Counted from the first letter of the stretch, positions 45,818-63,209 are shown. The stretch is 64,000 nt of DNA from the human T2T-CHM13v2.0 reference genome, Homo sapiens (GCF_009914755.1 NC_060943.1); one strand, 5' to 3'. The notes: a model not told the origin generated them from the sequence alone. Made by a program: numbers and translations.

Positions 45818-47753
45818 TAGAACTTCCATAGCTAGAGAGGAGAAGTCAATGCCTGGTTTCAAAGCTTTAAAGAGCAGGCTGGCTCTTGTTAGGGGCTAAT
45901 GCAGCGGGTGACTTTAAGGTAAAACCAATGCTAATTTGCCATTTCAAAAATCCTAGGGTCCTTAAGAATTATGCAAAATCTACTCTGCCTATGCTCTAGA
46001 AATGGAAAAACAAAGCTGGATGACAGCACATCTGTTTATAGCATTATTTACTGAACAGTTTAAATCCATTGTTGAGAAACACTGCTCAGAAAAAAAATAT
46101 TTTTTTTCAAAATATTGCTGCTCATTGATAATGCACCTATTCACCCAGGAGGTCTGATGAAGATGTATAAGAAGATGAATGTAGTTTTCATGCCTGCTAA
46201 CACAACATCCATTCTGCAGCTCATAGATCAAGGAGTAACTTCAACTTTCAAATCTTATTATGGAAAAAAATACACTTCATAAGGCTATAGCTACGATTAA
46301 TAGTGATTTCTCTGACGGATGTGGACAAACTCAATTGAAAACCTTCTAGAAAAGATTCACCATTCTAGATGCCATTAAGAACATTTGTAATTCATGGGAA
46401 GTACTCAAAATATCAACATCAACAAGAGTTTGGAAGAGGTTTATTCCAGGCTTCATGAATGACTTTGAGGGGTTCAAGACTTCAGTGGAGGAAGTGACTG
46501 CTGATGTGGAAATAGCAAGAGAACTAGAGTTGGAAGTGGAGCCTGAAGATGGGACTGAATTGCTGCAGTCTTATGACCAAACTTGGATGGATGAGGAGTT
46601 GCTTCTTATGGATGAGAAAAGATAGTGGTTTTTGAGATGGAATCTACTCCTTTTAAAGATGCTGTGAACATGGTTGAAATAATGACAAAGGATTTAAAAT
46701 ATTCCACAAAGTAGTGGCAGGTTCTGAGAGATTTATTCTAATTTTGAAAGAAGTTCTACTGTGGGTAAAAGGCTATTAAACAGCATTGCACGCTATACAG
46801 AAATCTTTTGTGAAAGAAAGATTCAACTGAGGTGGCAAAGTTCACTGTTGCCTCAGCCACTCCAACCTTCAGCAATCACCACTGTGATCAGTCAGCAGCC
46901 ATCAACATCAAGGCAGGATCCCCCACCAGCAAAAAGAGTATGACTTGCTGAAGGCTCAAACCATGATTAACATTTTTTACCAATAAAGTATTTTTAATTA
47001 AGATATGTACAGTGTTTTTTAGATATAATTCTATTACACACTTAATAGGCTACAGGTTACAGTATAGCATAAACATAACTCCTATATGCACTAAGAAACC
47101 AAAAAATTCATGTGACTCTCTTTATTGTGATATTTGCTTTATTGTGGCAGTCTGCAACTGAACCTGCAATACCTCCAAGGTCTGCCTGTACACTCTTCTA
47201 ATCATCAGGGACTAAAGGGATGGGGGCAGAATTAATGTGCAACTTATGCACTGGGGTTGAAGGAAGACCTAATGGAATTGTAGAATTCTGTTCATGGCTG
47301 TGTAAGCCCTGAGTTTGTCCAACCTCAGAGTGGGAAGAAGAGAGTATTCAATGAGAAGACTCTCCATTGAGTCCCCTCTCAGTTTATGCAAGTCCATCCA
47401 GGTGGGCAACTGGAATCTTCTCTCTGTTCTCCCTCCTTCATTTCTCCCACAGCTTCCTTGGCCTCTTTCCATTCCTAGGTGTCCCCTCTGGATCCATGCC
47501 CCACGCTGGAGGGACATCATCAGATCTTTCAGCTCCTGCATTACACTGAGGGTTTTAGATATCTCAGGTTCTTCAAACTGTACCAATGACTTTTTCTTGC
47601 TCATCTTGACAGCTCTTAGAGAATAACTTTCATGTGTTGTTATGCCAATGAATTATCTCCTTTTTATTGGTTCTTCTGGAAGGAATGAGGGAGATAAAGA
47701 AAGAAGGAGCCAAGGAAAGAAGAAATCCCTATCTTGTCACCAGTGGTATCACC

Positions 47754-49165
<1,412 letters not shown>

Positions 49166-49368
49166 CCTTTCTACCTGCCAGGAACTGTACCTCTACTCCC
49201 TATTCACACACACCTAATGAAATTCCACCCATTCCCCCAGATCCTCATCATAAGGAGAGAGCATGTAGGTCTACTTGGAGCTGGTATGAAAATCTCCCCA
49301 AAGCCAGGGCATTGGTGGATTGATATTACCATTTCTTACCCTCCCCTTCTTGGTTATCAAGACAGACC

Positions 49369-49950
49369 GCAGAGTGGAGGCCTAGTACCCTGGGGGGTGG
49401 CATCTGCAGGATGGAGGCCCAATGCCCTGGAGGTTGGCATCTGCAGGGTGGAGGCCCAGTACCCTGGAGGGTGGCATCTGCAAGGTGGAGGCTCAATGGC
49501 CTAGAGGGTGGCATTTGCAGTGTGGGGGCCCAATGCCCTGGAGGGTGGCATCTGCAGAGTAGAGGTTCAGTACCCCAAAAGGGGCATTGGCAGGGTGGAG
49601 GTTCAGTGCCCTGGAGGGTGGCATCTGCAGGATGGAAGTCCAATGCCCTGGAGGGTGGCATTTGCAGTCTGGAACTTCAGTACCCTGGAGGGTGGCATCT
49701 GCAGGGTGGAGGCCCAGTACCCTGGAGGGTGGCATCTGCAGGGTGAAGACTCAATGTCCTGGAGGGTGGCATCTGCAGTGTGGGGGCCCAATGCCCTGGA
49801 GGGTGGCATTTGCAGGGTGGAGGCTCAGTGCCCTGGAGGGTGGCATCTGCAGGGTGAAGACTCAATGCCCTGGAGGGTGGCATCTGCAGTGTGGAGGTTC
49901 AATGCCCTGGAGGGTGGCATTTGCAGTGTGGAGGCCAATGCCCTGGAGAG
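49369..49950. repeat. 37-bp GC-rich minisatellite, about 15-16 copies
   Basis: Unit tgccctggagggtggcatctgcagggtggaggcccaa with variants. Confidence 0.95.
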
Positions 49951-49952
49951 GT

Positions 49953-50022
49953 ATTCAAGAGATCAACCCACCTCAGCATTCCAAAGTGCTGAGATTACAG
50001 GGGTGAGCCATCACGCCTGGCC
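49953..50022 (-). mobile_element. Alu 5' fragment
   Basis: caaagtgctgagattacaggggtgagccatcacgcctggcc. Confidence 0.9.
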
Positions 50023-50026
50023 TTGC

Positions 50027-50258
50027 CTGGTGTTCTTAAAAGAAGAGATCAGGACACAGACACACTGAGGGAGACCATGTGAAGACACAAGGAGAAGACA
50101 GCCTCCTACAAGCCGAGGAGGGAGGCCGCAGAAGAAACTAACCCCCCTACACCTTGACCTGGGACGTCCAGCCTGCAGAGCTGCCAGGAAGCATACTTCT
50201 GTTGTTTAAGCCGCTCCATCTGTGGTCATTCGTTTGGCCACCCTAGCAGACTCATACA
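50027..50258 (+). mobile_element. MLT1A-like LTR 3' half
   Basis: accatgtgaagacacaaggagaagacagcc..tacaagcc...ttctgttgtttaagcc...ccctagcagactcataca. Confidence 0.85.
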
Positions 50259-50522
50259 CCTTTGGACCCCAAAAGTCGAGAACTGACGTGAACTTCCCTG
50301 TGTTCCACTGTGCTGTCCCTTCCACCAGGCGGATCCTGCCCAGTTGGTCTGAAGAAGGTGGGCAAACGCTGAGCGTCACCCCCAACCCCAGCCACCATTC
50401 TGCCCCTTCGGACTCGCCCCCCAACATTGGAGGTGGAAGTGACATGGATCAGCAGAGGGGGCCCGTGATCTGGGCCTCCCTCAGTGCCGACATCAGCAGG
50501 AGGGACCTGGGGCAACCCCCGC

Positions 50523-50893
50523 TGACATGGTTTGGATATTTGTCCCCTGCAAACCTCATGTTGAAATGTGACTTCCAATGTTGGAGGTGGGCAGAGGGAG
50601 GTGTTTGGGTCATGGGGGCAGATCCCTTATGGTGGCTTAGTGCCTTTCCTATGGTCATGAGTGAGTTCTCTCTCTGTTAGTTCACGCGAGAGCTGGTTGT
50701 TCAAAGGCGCCTCCTCCTCTCTCTCTCTCTGACGCCCTCTCCTGCCACGTGACATTGGCCTGCTCCACCTTCACCGTCCACCATGATTGGAAGCCTCATG
50801 AGGTCCTCACCAGATGCACATGGGGCCCCATGCTTCTTGTAAAGCCTGCAGAATCTGAGGTATTCCTTTATAGCAACACAAAACAAACTAATT
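50523..50893 (+). mobile_element. MST MaLR solo LTR
   Basis: tgacatggtttggatatttgtcccc...ccatgattggaagc...ggtattcctttatagcaacacaaaac. Confidence 0.9.
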
Positions 50894-51495
50894 CGTGCAT
50901 GCGTCTGCACTGGGTTGGTACTTCGTGGTGTACTTTCCACTGTCGGCCCAGGCACAGAGCAATGCTGGGCGCTGGCCCCTCAGTGACTGTGAATTCCTGC
51001 AGGTAGCCAGCCCAGCTCCGCAGCCTCCCCAGAGCAGCCCACCATGCCTCCCCTCACCGCCCGTGCACCCAGGGACACCCACCTCCCAGTCACCTACCCC
51101 ACTGCAGTGCCTGGCCCTGTGGTGCAGGGCGGGAGGGCCAGAGGCACGGGTGGGGGCATAAGAGCTCCTGGGGCTCAGCTTGGCTTTACAAGGGTCCAAA
51201 TGGACCGTTTCATTTCCCTAACTAGCCTTCCAGGAACACTTCCACACGGGGCCATAAAAGAAGGTTTAGAACCAGGAACTTTTAGAAGGGCTTTTATCTC
51301 TGTGAGTGTCTATTGAGTTTTACACCCCTTCAGGGTATCTGTTGGCTGTGGGCGGAGAGGGAAAAGGCCTCTCATTAAATGTACAAAGGAAGCAGCGGCC
51401 AGAAATGCGTTGGACTCTTTGCTCTCTGGCTTTCAGGTAATTCTTGGGAGTTTTAAAACTCAGCTCCCAGGGGAGAGCAGGTGGCAGAGTGAAGA

Positions 51496-51514
51496 GCAGC
51501 GCCCTCTGGCAGCT
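51496..51514 (-). promoter_or_regulatory. Putative CTCF site
   Basis: gcagcgccctctggcagct; reverse complement ctgccagagggcgctg is close to CCASYAGRKGGCRS. Confidence 0.5.
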
Positions 51515-51680
51515 GATGGTGATTTGAGGCCTAGAGGAGGTCCAGGCAGCGGCCTGCAGCACCCCACCCCCCGCCAAGGCCTCCTGAGGGCCACAACAGG
51601 CAGAGACAAGGAGCTGACCCATCGGAGGGGGGCATGCCCAGGCCCACGTGCACCTACAAGCATGCAATCCCCACAGACAC

Positions 51681-51683
<3 letters not shown>

Positions 51684-51724
<41 letters not shown>
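51684..51724. repeat. (CA)n microsatellite
   Basis: Direct reading. Confidence 0.95.
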
Positions 51725-51726
<2 letters not shown>

Positions 51727-52399
51727 CATGCTTGCAGTCACTCCCAGGAGCAGGGTCACCCACAGGGACCTGGAAACACCCATCCCACCTTCCTTGGACC
51801 TTCTCTTCCCTGGTCACCAGGCCTGCACCCAATTCCACCCCCTGGGCCCTCCTTTCACTCCTCACCTCCCTCCCATCCTCTCTCTCTTCCCATACTCATA
51901 GTGACAACAGGCCATTTTCAGAAAAGGTGGCCGGGGGCAGCGCCATTGCTCCTGGCCGCTCTGGCCACCACCTGCTGAGCACATCTGAGGACAAGCTGCA
52001 GCAGCCCTCCTGGGACCCAGGCTGGATTCCATAGGGTCAGGCCTGATGCCAGTGGGCAGGTAAGGGATGGCAGGCCTGAGAGAGAGGCTCTCACCTCCCT
52101 CCCTTCCAACTTACAGCCAGCCACACCCTCAGGCTCTGGAAGCGAGTGCAGCCAGCTACACAATGTGCCCAGGTGCCCCCAGGTCCCTGCATGTTTCCCC
52201 ACCTGTCTCAGAACATCCCCTCCACTGCCACCCGTGTGTTAATGCCAAACCATGGGCTCCAAGGCCCCAGCGTAGAAGCAAGGGTTAGAGTAGGCTTAGA
52301 GCAGCAGCGCCCAGCCAAGCGGTCACACTAGCTCTGTAGGCCACCCAGTTGGCACACGCCAAAGCCAGGCACGGCAGCATGCTCTTGGGAACACGGGCT

Positions 52400-52565
52400 G
52401 GAGAGCTCTGACTCCAGCTCCTGCGTTACCTGCCCACTGACTCTAAGCCTTTGTTTCTTCATCCGTACAATGGGAGAGAATCACAGAAGTAAGTCGCTTC
52501 GCAGGCCTGTTGTAAGAGCAGGCAACACACTGCATAGGAAGTGCTGAGCACCACGCCTGGCCCAC
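52400..52565. mobile_element. MIR remnant
   Basis: ctctaagcctttgtttcttcatccgtacaatggga...gttgtaag...aagtgctgagcaccacgcctggc. Confidence 0.7.
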
Positions 52566-54430
52566 GATTTGGCTCTCAACTCCAACTGTCACCATCTTGG
52601 CTATCATCCTGGCTACCGCTTTCCTGCTAACATTGCATATCCTACCCAATGTAAACAACCGCCCAGTGACCCGCAAAGGGCTCAGGCTTGTCCAAGAGCC
52701 AGGCAATCTACATTTTCCCACCAACCTACGGGGACAGGCAGCAAAAGCACTGGCCTACGCTCACCTCTGTAGCCCCCAACCACAGGACTCCAGCAACATC
52801 CGACCCTGGGCCTGGCTGGGCCCCATCTGTCTGGAAGTCTTACCCGGTTCTTTCTCTCACTCTGAGGCCTCCAGATAACCGTGGAGACCAAGACAGCCAG
52901 AGCCGAGCTCGAGAAATCATTCCGTTCTGACTAGGAAGGACGCTGACATTCCCGAGTCTATTTCCATCTCGGGGCTCAGAAATTTTCCAGAGACACCCTT
53001 CGCTCGGCGGTGAAGGCAGGTGCCTGCCAGAACAGTGCCCACACCCCCTGCCCCTAAAACCCTGCACCCCGAGCCCTCAGTGAACACAGGTTGTAACTTC
53101 AAAATCAGGAAACGGAACATTGCTAATTCTCACGGCAGCATTAACTCATTCACTTGCACATATGGGGTACTTGGATCCCAGTAGGTCTTCTATATATATA
53201 ACTTATTATACAGTAGGTGCAACTTGGGAGAATTAATGTTGCTATAGGAACATTCGGATCAAGGCTGGCTTCCAGAGGGAAGAGAGAAAAAATAAGTTTT
53301 CCTCCTCAGTGTACTTCTCTGTTTTGAGTTTCAGAGAGGAAGGAGCGGTGTAATCAAGTCAGATGAGGCAAGGAGGGGCTTCCCTTAGTGGTTTGGAGAA
53401 GGTGAGAATTCCTGGAAGCTGCTCGCTGGGGAGAGAAGACAGAAAAGCTCAGAACATGAGCCAAGTGCCCTCGTGGCTAAGAGGACCAGGAAAGGGACTT
53501 CAGGGGCCAGATTCCCCCAGCCCTGGCCAGCAGCTCCAGGTGCCAAAGCTGGAACATAGCCTTGGGGTGATCTTCCCCTGAGAACGGGCTGAAAGCCACC
53601 TAAAAAACAGCATCCTGTGTACTCAGTCCCCCAGCCCCACACCCCTAAGTCTCATTCCTCCCAACTTTCCATCCTTCCCAACGATAAGGTGAAAGCAAAG
53701 GGGAAATTGAAAGTGAGTTTCGTGGTCTACACTGGCTCCTGGATGGACCATTGGGAGGACCCATCCCTGGCTGAAGGTCTTAAGCAGGCAGCGTATTGGA
53801 AGCTTGCATCCACCATAGCCTGTATAACTGAGCTCTTTCTTCCGGAGCAGCGATTTTGTGTCCACCTGTGAATGCTCCACCTAAACCAAACTATGTGTTA
53901 AAAACCCGGGCACTTGGCTCCAAACCTCACCTATTAGAGGTTTTCCTGATTGGTAAATCTGAACATGCATCGAATCCCCCAAGAGCTATGAGACGTGTAA
54001 TTCTACTATCTCCTTTGCAGACGACAGGGGTCCTAAATCGTCCTCCCCCACTACCTTCCCTGGCACATCTGGGGATCTCAGCAGGCTATGGGTGTCGTGA
54101 AGGTCACAGCACAGCCAGACACAACACCTCACATACACCCCAAACACACACCCCAGGATGACTGCACCCCCCAGGCAGCTGGGCTGGCTCCTCTCAGCTG
54201 CCTTAGCAGTTGGCACTGTGCTGGGCAAGAGGAGATGGCTCAGAACGGGTTGGCTGCAGGAGTGGATGTTGAGCCCAAGATGGCAGCAAAGAGGGAAAGA
54301 AAAGATCCACATTCCTAACACCATTTTCCAGCTCAGTGTTCGCCAGGTGCCCACTCGTACCAGGTGCTATCTTATGCCTGGGGGATCCAGAGATAAATAA
54401 GATACTACCTCTGCTCTCAGGATGCTCACA

Positions 54431-54752
54431 GGCTGGCGCGGTGGCTCATGCCTGGAATCCCAGTACCTAGGAAGGCACAGGAGGTGGGAGGATTCCTTGA
54501 GGCCAGGAGTTCAAGACCAGCCTGGGCAATATGGTGAGAACCCCCCCCAACCCCATCTTTACAAAAAATAAAATTGTTTAACTTAGTCAGGCATGATGGC
54601 CCATGCTCACAGTCCCAGCTACTGGGGACGCTGGGGTGGAACTACTGCTTAAGCCCAGGAGGCTGAGGCTGCAGTGAGCTGTGATTGCACCACGGCACTC
54701 CAGCCTGGCCAACACAGCCACACCCTATCTCTGAAAAAATAAAAGAAAATAA
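54431..54752 (+). mobile_element. AluJ SINE
   Basis: Dimer; TSD-like gatgctc(a/c)cag. Confidence 0.9.
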
Positions 54753-56789
54753 GAAGATGCTCCCAGTCCACCAAGGGGAGGAAGAAGGAGAGGCCTGGAA
54801 ATAAATAACCAAGGGTCATGTCTTGCTTCCTGCCTCCCCAGGAACCAAGCCTAGGTAGGGCTGAATAGGCACCTGCAAATGCCCATGCAAGGACCACTGA
54901 GATGGCAGAATGGCAGGGACCCGCCCAAGGAGAAGTACCAAGTATCCAAAGGAGCCTGGAGTGGTGGGAAATTCATTCTGAACAAGGAGGCGTCGTCCCA
55001 CAGGCTTTGGCCCGTCCCCTCCCACCCAGCTGACCAGAGACAACTTGCAAAGTCCACCAAGAAGCAAAGCCTCCTTTGCCATTCAGTATTTCAGACACAT
55101 TCCACACACCACGACGGGCAAGGGGCCACTGCCGCCCAGAGCTGCTGCTTTGCATTTCATCTGAAGCTGTGTCTACTTTTAAAAACATATATAACAGTGA
55201 AGTGGAATCTCTAAGCGCTTTCCGGGCCACTCCGCTCGGAACTGCGTTGCCAAACATCCTAACCATTTGGAGGGGCTGAGTCCTAGAGATGGGGAGGAAA
55301 CAGAACAGCCCTCTCCTCGGGGAAGGTGAGCAGAGAGGACATTAGCATTCTTCTCCTTCCTGCTTCTCAGATCAGATCATCTACGCTGTTAAAATAAAGG
55401 TGGATTTGCAGCATCCCAGAGTCAACAATTTGCCAAATTTCATGTCACAGACCAGCAAGGGAGATGAGTCTAATACACCCACAGATCCTGGTTACTCTCA
55501 GATGGGGGCAGGCAGGTGGTGAAGGGTTACCTGTTTAATCATCAAAAGCCCAATGGGTCTCCCGGGCATTGCTGAGAGAGACCCTCTTCTAGAGCTCCCA
55601 GGCCCCTCAGAGCCTCCTACACATTTGTCACTCTGCTCTGTGTCGGAAATTCTTCTCTTTGTTCCCTTAGCTCACTTTAACTCAAGTGTGGCGTTTTTAA
55701 TTCTGTCTGTGGCATGATTTTCAAATTAAGCAGTTGGTGTGCTGACAGCTGGTGTTACAACTGGCCTATTCCCTCCCCCCGCCACCCCACCCACAAAGAG
55801 CCAACGTGGTGGGTGCACAGCCTCGAAGGAACTCACGCACGTTCCAAACACCCATCTCCTCCACGGGGGTGGTGGAGAGTTGTGGGGAGTGCTTCCGAAA
55901 TGGGTGAGAGTGCTGAGAAGCTAAGATGGGAACAGACTCTCACAGCCCTGGGGACATCCTGGGGTGGGACAGGATGCATCCGAAAAATACTATGCTCCAC
56001 TTTCCAACACACCTCCTGGGACACAATTCAGGTCCAAAACACCCTCTACACTGTCAGGATACCTCCATGCCCCTCATGGGTCAGGTCACAGGCCATGGCT
56101 AAGCACCAGCGCCCCTGCGGTGCCTGTGTGTCCCGTGGGTGTTACAAATGAGAATTCCAAGCAGAGTCCGATTTGAAAGTCCCATTTCTCTTATTCTTTT
56201 CTCTTGTTCTCTGTCTCATCACAGCCCTGGGACTGCTATTCACCTGACAACCCTGGACAGGTGAAGGCGTTCAATTTCCTGGGGAGTAGGCATTTCCAGA
56301 ATTTTGCTTAGACGAGAGTACTCAGAAATGGTCCCTAAACATGGAAACAAAGTTGTGAAGGCAACCCCGAAAAGACCTGGCTTTATGGCATATGGAAGTA
56401 ACTATGCACACTTCCAAGCCACATCCATGCCAATTGGCCAGCCACAACCTGTCTCCACTCCCACGCCCCCACCTCCCAGCCCATGCCCATCATTGAGCTC
56501 CCCTTGTATGCAAAGCCTACTAACTTTAGAGAGTAACAAACAGAAGTGGTCATGCCACCTACCTCTCAGCCTCTGGCAATCCTTGACATCGTCTAACTTA
56601 ACCATAGCTGATGGTGCCTTCTTTGTTTTTTCTTTTCCTGGAGGCATTTTTATCACCTTCATAATTTAACCCATTTCTGAAACTAAGCAACTGTTGCATA
56701 TGCTAGCTGTAAAGTGGAAGTTTTGAAAATAATTTTTTTTGAAGTAAGGAGTATCCTAGATCTCAGAATCTGTAAATAAGTCAACAACT

Positions 56790-57113
56790 GTCCAGGCACA
56801 GTGTTTCACCCCTGTAATCCCAGCACTTTGGAAGGCCAAGGTTGGAGAAACGCTTAAGCCCAGGAGTTGGAGGCTGCAGTGAGCTACAATTGTTCCACAG
56901 CACTTCAGCCTGGGCAACATAGCAAGACCCCATCTCTAAAAGAATTTAAAAATTAGTGAGATATGGTGGCACACACCTGTAATCCTAGCTACTCAGGAAG
57001 CTGAGGCAGGAGGATCACTTGAGCCCAGGAGTTCGAGGCTGCAGAGCTATGATAGCACCACTGTACTCCAGCCTGGGCTACAGAGTGAGACTGTCTCTTA
57101 AAAAATAATAATA
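56790..57113 (+). mobile_element. AluJ with an atypical left arm carrying the right-arm-specific segment
   Basis: Left arm reads cagcactttggaagg...gagttggaggctgcagtgagctacaattgttccacagcacttcagcctgggcaacatagcaag. Confidence 0.85.
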
Positions 57114-57117
57114 AGTC

Positions 57118-57444
<327 letters not shown>

Positions 57445-57559
57445 CTAACATCTTATTCATATCAATACAAAGCTGAGATTTCTGCATAACAAAGAATGTG
57501 TCATTCCTCTTTGCAAAGTTAAATAAAGTGTTCACAAGACCGTTCCTCCAATGGAACTT

Positions 57560-58030
57560 TTCTTTGGCTCCTATGGCTTCCAGGAAAATGCCCAGAGTCC
57601 CACCAAAGCCTACAGAGCCTGCCTGATTGGTCTGTGCCTCCCCGCAGCCATGATAGCCCAGGCCTCCCCTCCCCTGGCCTTTCCACTCCTTAAGCATGCA
57701 CACCCCTCCCTGCTCTACGGGTAGCCTTGTGCCCACCCCTCTTTCTCTATTTGACCAACTCTGCCTCATTCTTTTCATTCTACATAAATGATGCTCCTTC
57801 AGGAAAGCAGGCCTTTTCAGACTCTACTACAGCCTCTAAGAAACCCCACTCTTTTCCTTGAGAGCATGTTTCATTCCTGCAAATATGTAATTACTTGGGA
57901 AATTATAATTTTACTACCTGTCTAACTTCATATGGGCAAGAACTATCCATTTTTCTCACCATGGTATCTCCCACCCTAAACAAATCCCTAGTGCATAGCA
58001 GATCCTCAGAAAATGTATTTTTTAATGGAG
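57560..58030 (+). mobile_element. L2 3' remnant
   Basis: ggctcctatggcttccagg...atgggcaagaactat...ctcaccatggtatctcc...catagcagatcctcagaaaatg. Confidence 0.65.
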
Positions 58031-58089
58031 CATGGATCTCCATTATTGAGTCATGCACACAGTTAGGCTTTTAGAAGGAAAGGGGATGA

Positions 58090-58347
58090 AATTGATAGGT
58101 TAGACCTCATCAAAATTAAAAACTTTTGTTCTGCAAAAACTCTATGAAGAAGATTAAAAGATAAGCTCTAGATTAGGAGAAATTGTTGCAAACCATATAT
58201 CTGACATGACAAAGGACTAGTATCTAGAATACATAAAGAACCCTCAAAACTCAACAGTGAAAAGAAAAGAAACTAATTTAAAAATGAGCTAAAAAACATG
58301 AACAGATACTTCATTGACAAGGATATACAGATGGCAGGTAATCACAT
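58090..58347 (+). mobile_element. L1M ORF2 3' fragment (MER41 insertion target)
   Basis: tcatcaaaattaaaaacttttgttctgc...gacaaaggactagtatctagaata...atgaacagatacttcat. Confidence 0.8.
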
Positions 58348-58894
58348 TGCTACAGGAAAGGGGTCTGGATCCAGACCCCGAGAGAGGGATCTTGGACCTC
58401 ACGTAAGAAAGAATTCAGGGTGAGTCTATAAAGTGAAAGCAAATTTATTAAGAAAATAAAGAAATAAGAGAATGGCTACTCCATAGACAGAGTGGCCCTG
58501 AGGGTTGCTGGTTGCCCATTTTTATGTTTATTTCTTGATTATATGCTACACAAGGGGTGGATTATTCATGCCTCCCTTTTTTAGACTATATAGGGTAACT
58601 TCCTGAGGATGCCATGGCATTTGTAAACCACCATGGTGCTAATGGGAGTGTAGCAGTGAGGATGACCAGAGGTCACTCTCATCACATCTTGGTTTTGGTG
58701 TTTTTGGCTGTCTTCTTTATTGCAACCTGTTTTATCAGCAAGGTCTTTATGACCTGTATCTTGTGCCGACCTCCTATCTCATCCTGTGACTTTGAATGCA
58801 TTAACCATCTGGGAATGCAACCCAGTAGTTTTCAGTCTTATTTTACCCAGCTCCTATTCAAGATGGAGTTGCTCTGGTTCAGAAACCTCTGACA
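58348..58894 (-). mobile_element. MER41A-type ERV1 solo LTR
   Basis: TG...CA ends; 4-bp TSD acat; reverse complement begins tgtcagaggtttctgaaccagagcaactccatcttgaatagg. Confidence 0.9.
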
Positions 58895-59032
58895 ACATGA
58901 AAAGCAAAGTACACTTGGCAGTAGGTTTTGAAAAGTCTATTTTCTTTATGTTCAGAGATTCTACTTCTGCAGATTGCTCCAAAGGAAATAGAAATGTGAA
59001 AAATGATTTCAAGATCCAGGAAGTGTATGGTA

Positions 59033-59430
59033 GACTGGATAAAGAAAATGTGGCACATATACACCATGGAATACTATGCAGTCATAAAAAAGGATGAGAT
59101 CCTGTCCTTTGCAGGAACAGGGATGGAGCTGGAGACCATTATCCTGAGCAAACTAAGGCAGGAACAGAAAAACAAATACCCCGTGTTCTCATAAGTGTGA
59201 GCTAAATGATAAGAACACATGGACACATAGAGGAAAACAGCAGACACTGGGGCCTATCAGAAGGTGGAGGGTATGAGGAGGGAGAGATTTAGAAAAAATA
59301 ACTAGTGAGTACTAAGCTTAATAGCTGGGTGACAAAATAATCTGTACAACAAGCTTCCATGACACAAGTTTACCTGTATAACAAGCCTGCACATGTTCCC
59401 CTGAATTTAAAATAAAAGTTTAATTTAAAA
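59033..59430 (+). mobile_element. L1PA (about L1PA13-like) 3' end
   Basis: gactggataaagaaaatgtggcacatatacaccatggaatactatgcag...catgacacaagtttacct..aaataaaagtt. Confidence 0.9.
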
Positions 59431-59519
59431 AATAATGTCAATTGTAGCATTATTTACTTACAATATTTAACCCTCTAAATCTCCAACTACAAGGCATTAG
59501 TTGTGCAAATTGTGTTTCA

Positions 59520-59915
<396 letters not shown>

Positions 59916-59935
59916 TCATTAAATATTATCAGATT

Positions 59936-60283
<348 letters not shown>

Positions 60284-60687
60284 TCAATATATCAGATTGA
60301 TTCAACCTGAATGATGAAACACTCAGCACCACGGAAAATCATGACATGAGAAAATGTTCACAATACAGTAAGTAAAAAAAAAAAAAGAAGAAAGAAAGAA
60401 ACAGATTGTAAGACTCTACATACATCATAACCACAGTTTTGTTTAAAGGAAAAGAAATATACGTATCTTTGCATATTAAAAGACTAAAGCAAAGTAAACC
60501 AAAACATTAGCAAAGACTATCTCTGGTGAATGAGACCTTAGGAATTTTTCTTTTCTTTCTTTACCTTCTTTCATTTCTTTTGTGTGTGTGTATGTGTGTG
60601 TGTGCGTGTATTCTATATAAAGTATTCCAAATTTTCTACAAATAACATTTATTCGTTTTTCAAACAGAAAATAAGACAGTAAAGTGA

Positions 60688-61119
<432 letters not shown>

Positions 61120-61521
61120 TCAGACTACAGTCAAAATGGCACCTTCGGGATCTTATGCATAAACCGGCACCTATTGTCCTCTTGTTTACTGAGTATTTTT
61201 CCTTAAATTGAGGCTTTTTATTTAAAGACATTTCTTTACAGGGAATCTTGATCACGACCATGAAGGGAAATCCGTATCACTTGTCATAAATAAAATGAAA
61301 CTGTACAATAGATTTCATTTCTTTAAGTGGCCTTATTTAGCTCTAGCTGAATACTGTCGCCTGCAGAAGGTTCTGAGTCGGAGGCCTGCTCCCTCTTTTG
61401 TGACAAAAGAAGATTAGCAAATGTAAGAGAAGTGGGCGTTAAAGACATATCTGCAGCAAAGAAGCGTTTCTTCTGATATTGTCCGAAGGCTTGAAAGTGG
61501 ATTGAAGGAGGAATGACATGT

Positions 61522-62463
<942 letters not shown>

Positions 62464-62661
62464 GTTTGATTCCATGTCATTTATTGCCATGTCCCTGTAG
62501 TACCCACAAGCATTCCTCAGGCTATCCGTGGTAGGCATTCCACACTCCCGGGCTGACTGGGCCTCACTGCTGAGCCTAAATGAAGCCCTGGGGTGCACCA
62601 GCCTCTGCCACGCTGGGGATCCACTGTCCCCCTCTGCACTGTCCCATACCTACAGCCCTAC

Positions 62662-63209
62662 TGTCAGAGGCGTGTGAACAAGAGCAACTCCATCTTGAAT
62701 AGGGGCTGGGTAAAATGAGGCTGAGACCTAATGGGCTGCATTCCCAGATGGTTAAGGCATTTTAAGTCACAGGATGAGATAGGAGGTCGGCACAAAATAC
62801 AGGTCATAAAGACTTTGCTGATAAAACAGGTTGCAGTAAAGAAGCCAGCCAAAAGCCACCAAAACCAAGATGGCCATGAGAGTGACCTCTGGTCGTCCTC
62901 ACTGCTACACTCCCACCAGCGCCATGACAGTTTACAAATGCCATGGCAACGTCAGGAAGTTACCCTCTATGGTCTAAAAAGGGGAGGCATGAATAATCCA
63001 CCCCTTGTTTAGCATATCATTAAGAAATAACCATAAAAATGGGCAATCAGCATCCCTCAGGGCTGCTCTGCCTATGGAGTGTCATTCTTTTATTCCTTTA
63101 CTTTCTTAATAAACTTGCTTTCACTTTATAGACTTACCCTGAATTCTTTCTTGTGCGAAATCCAAGAACCCTTTCTTGGGTTCTGGATCAGGACCGTTTT
63201 CCTGTAACA
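62662..63209 (+). mobile_element. MER41A-type ERV1 solo LTR
   Basis: tgtcagaggcgtgtgaacaagagcaactccatcttgaatagg...cctgtaaca; TSD ctac/ttac. Confidence 0.9.
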
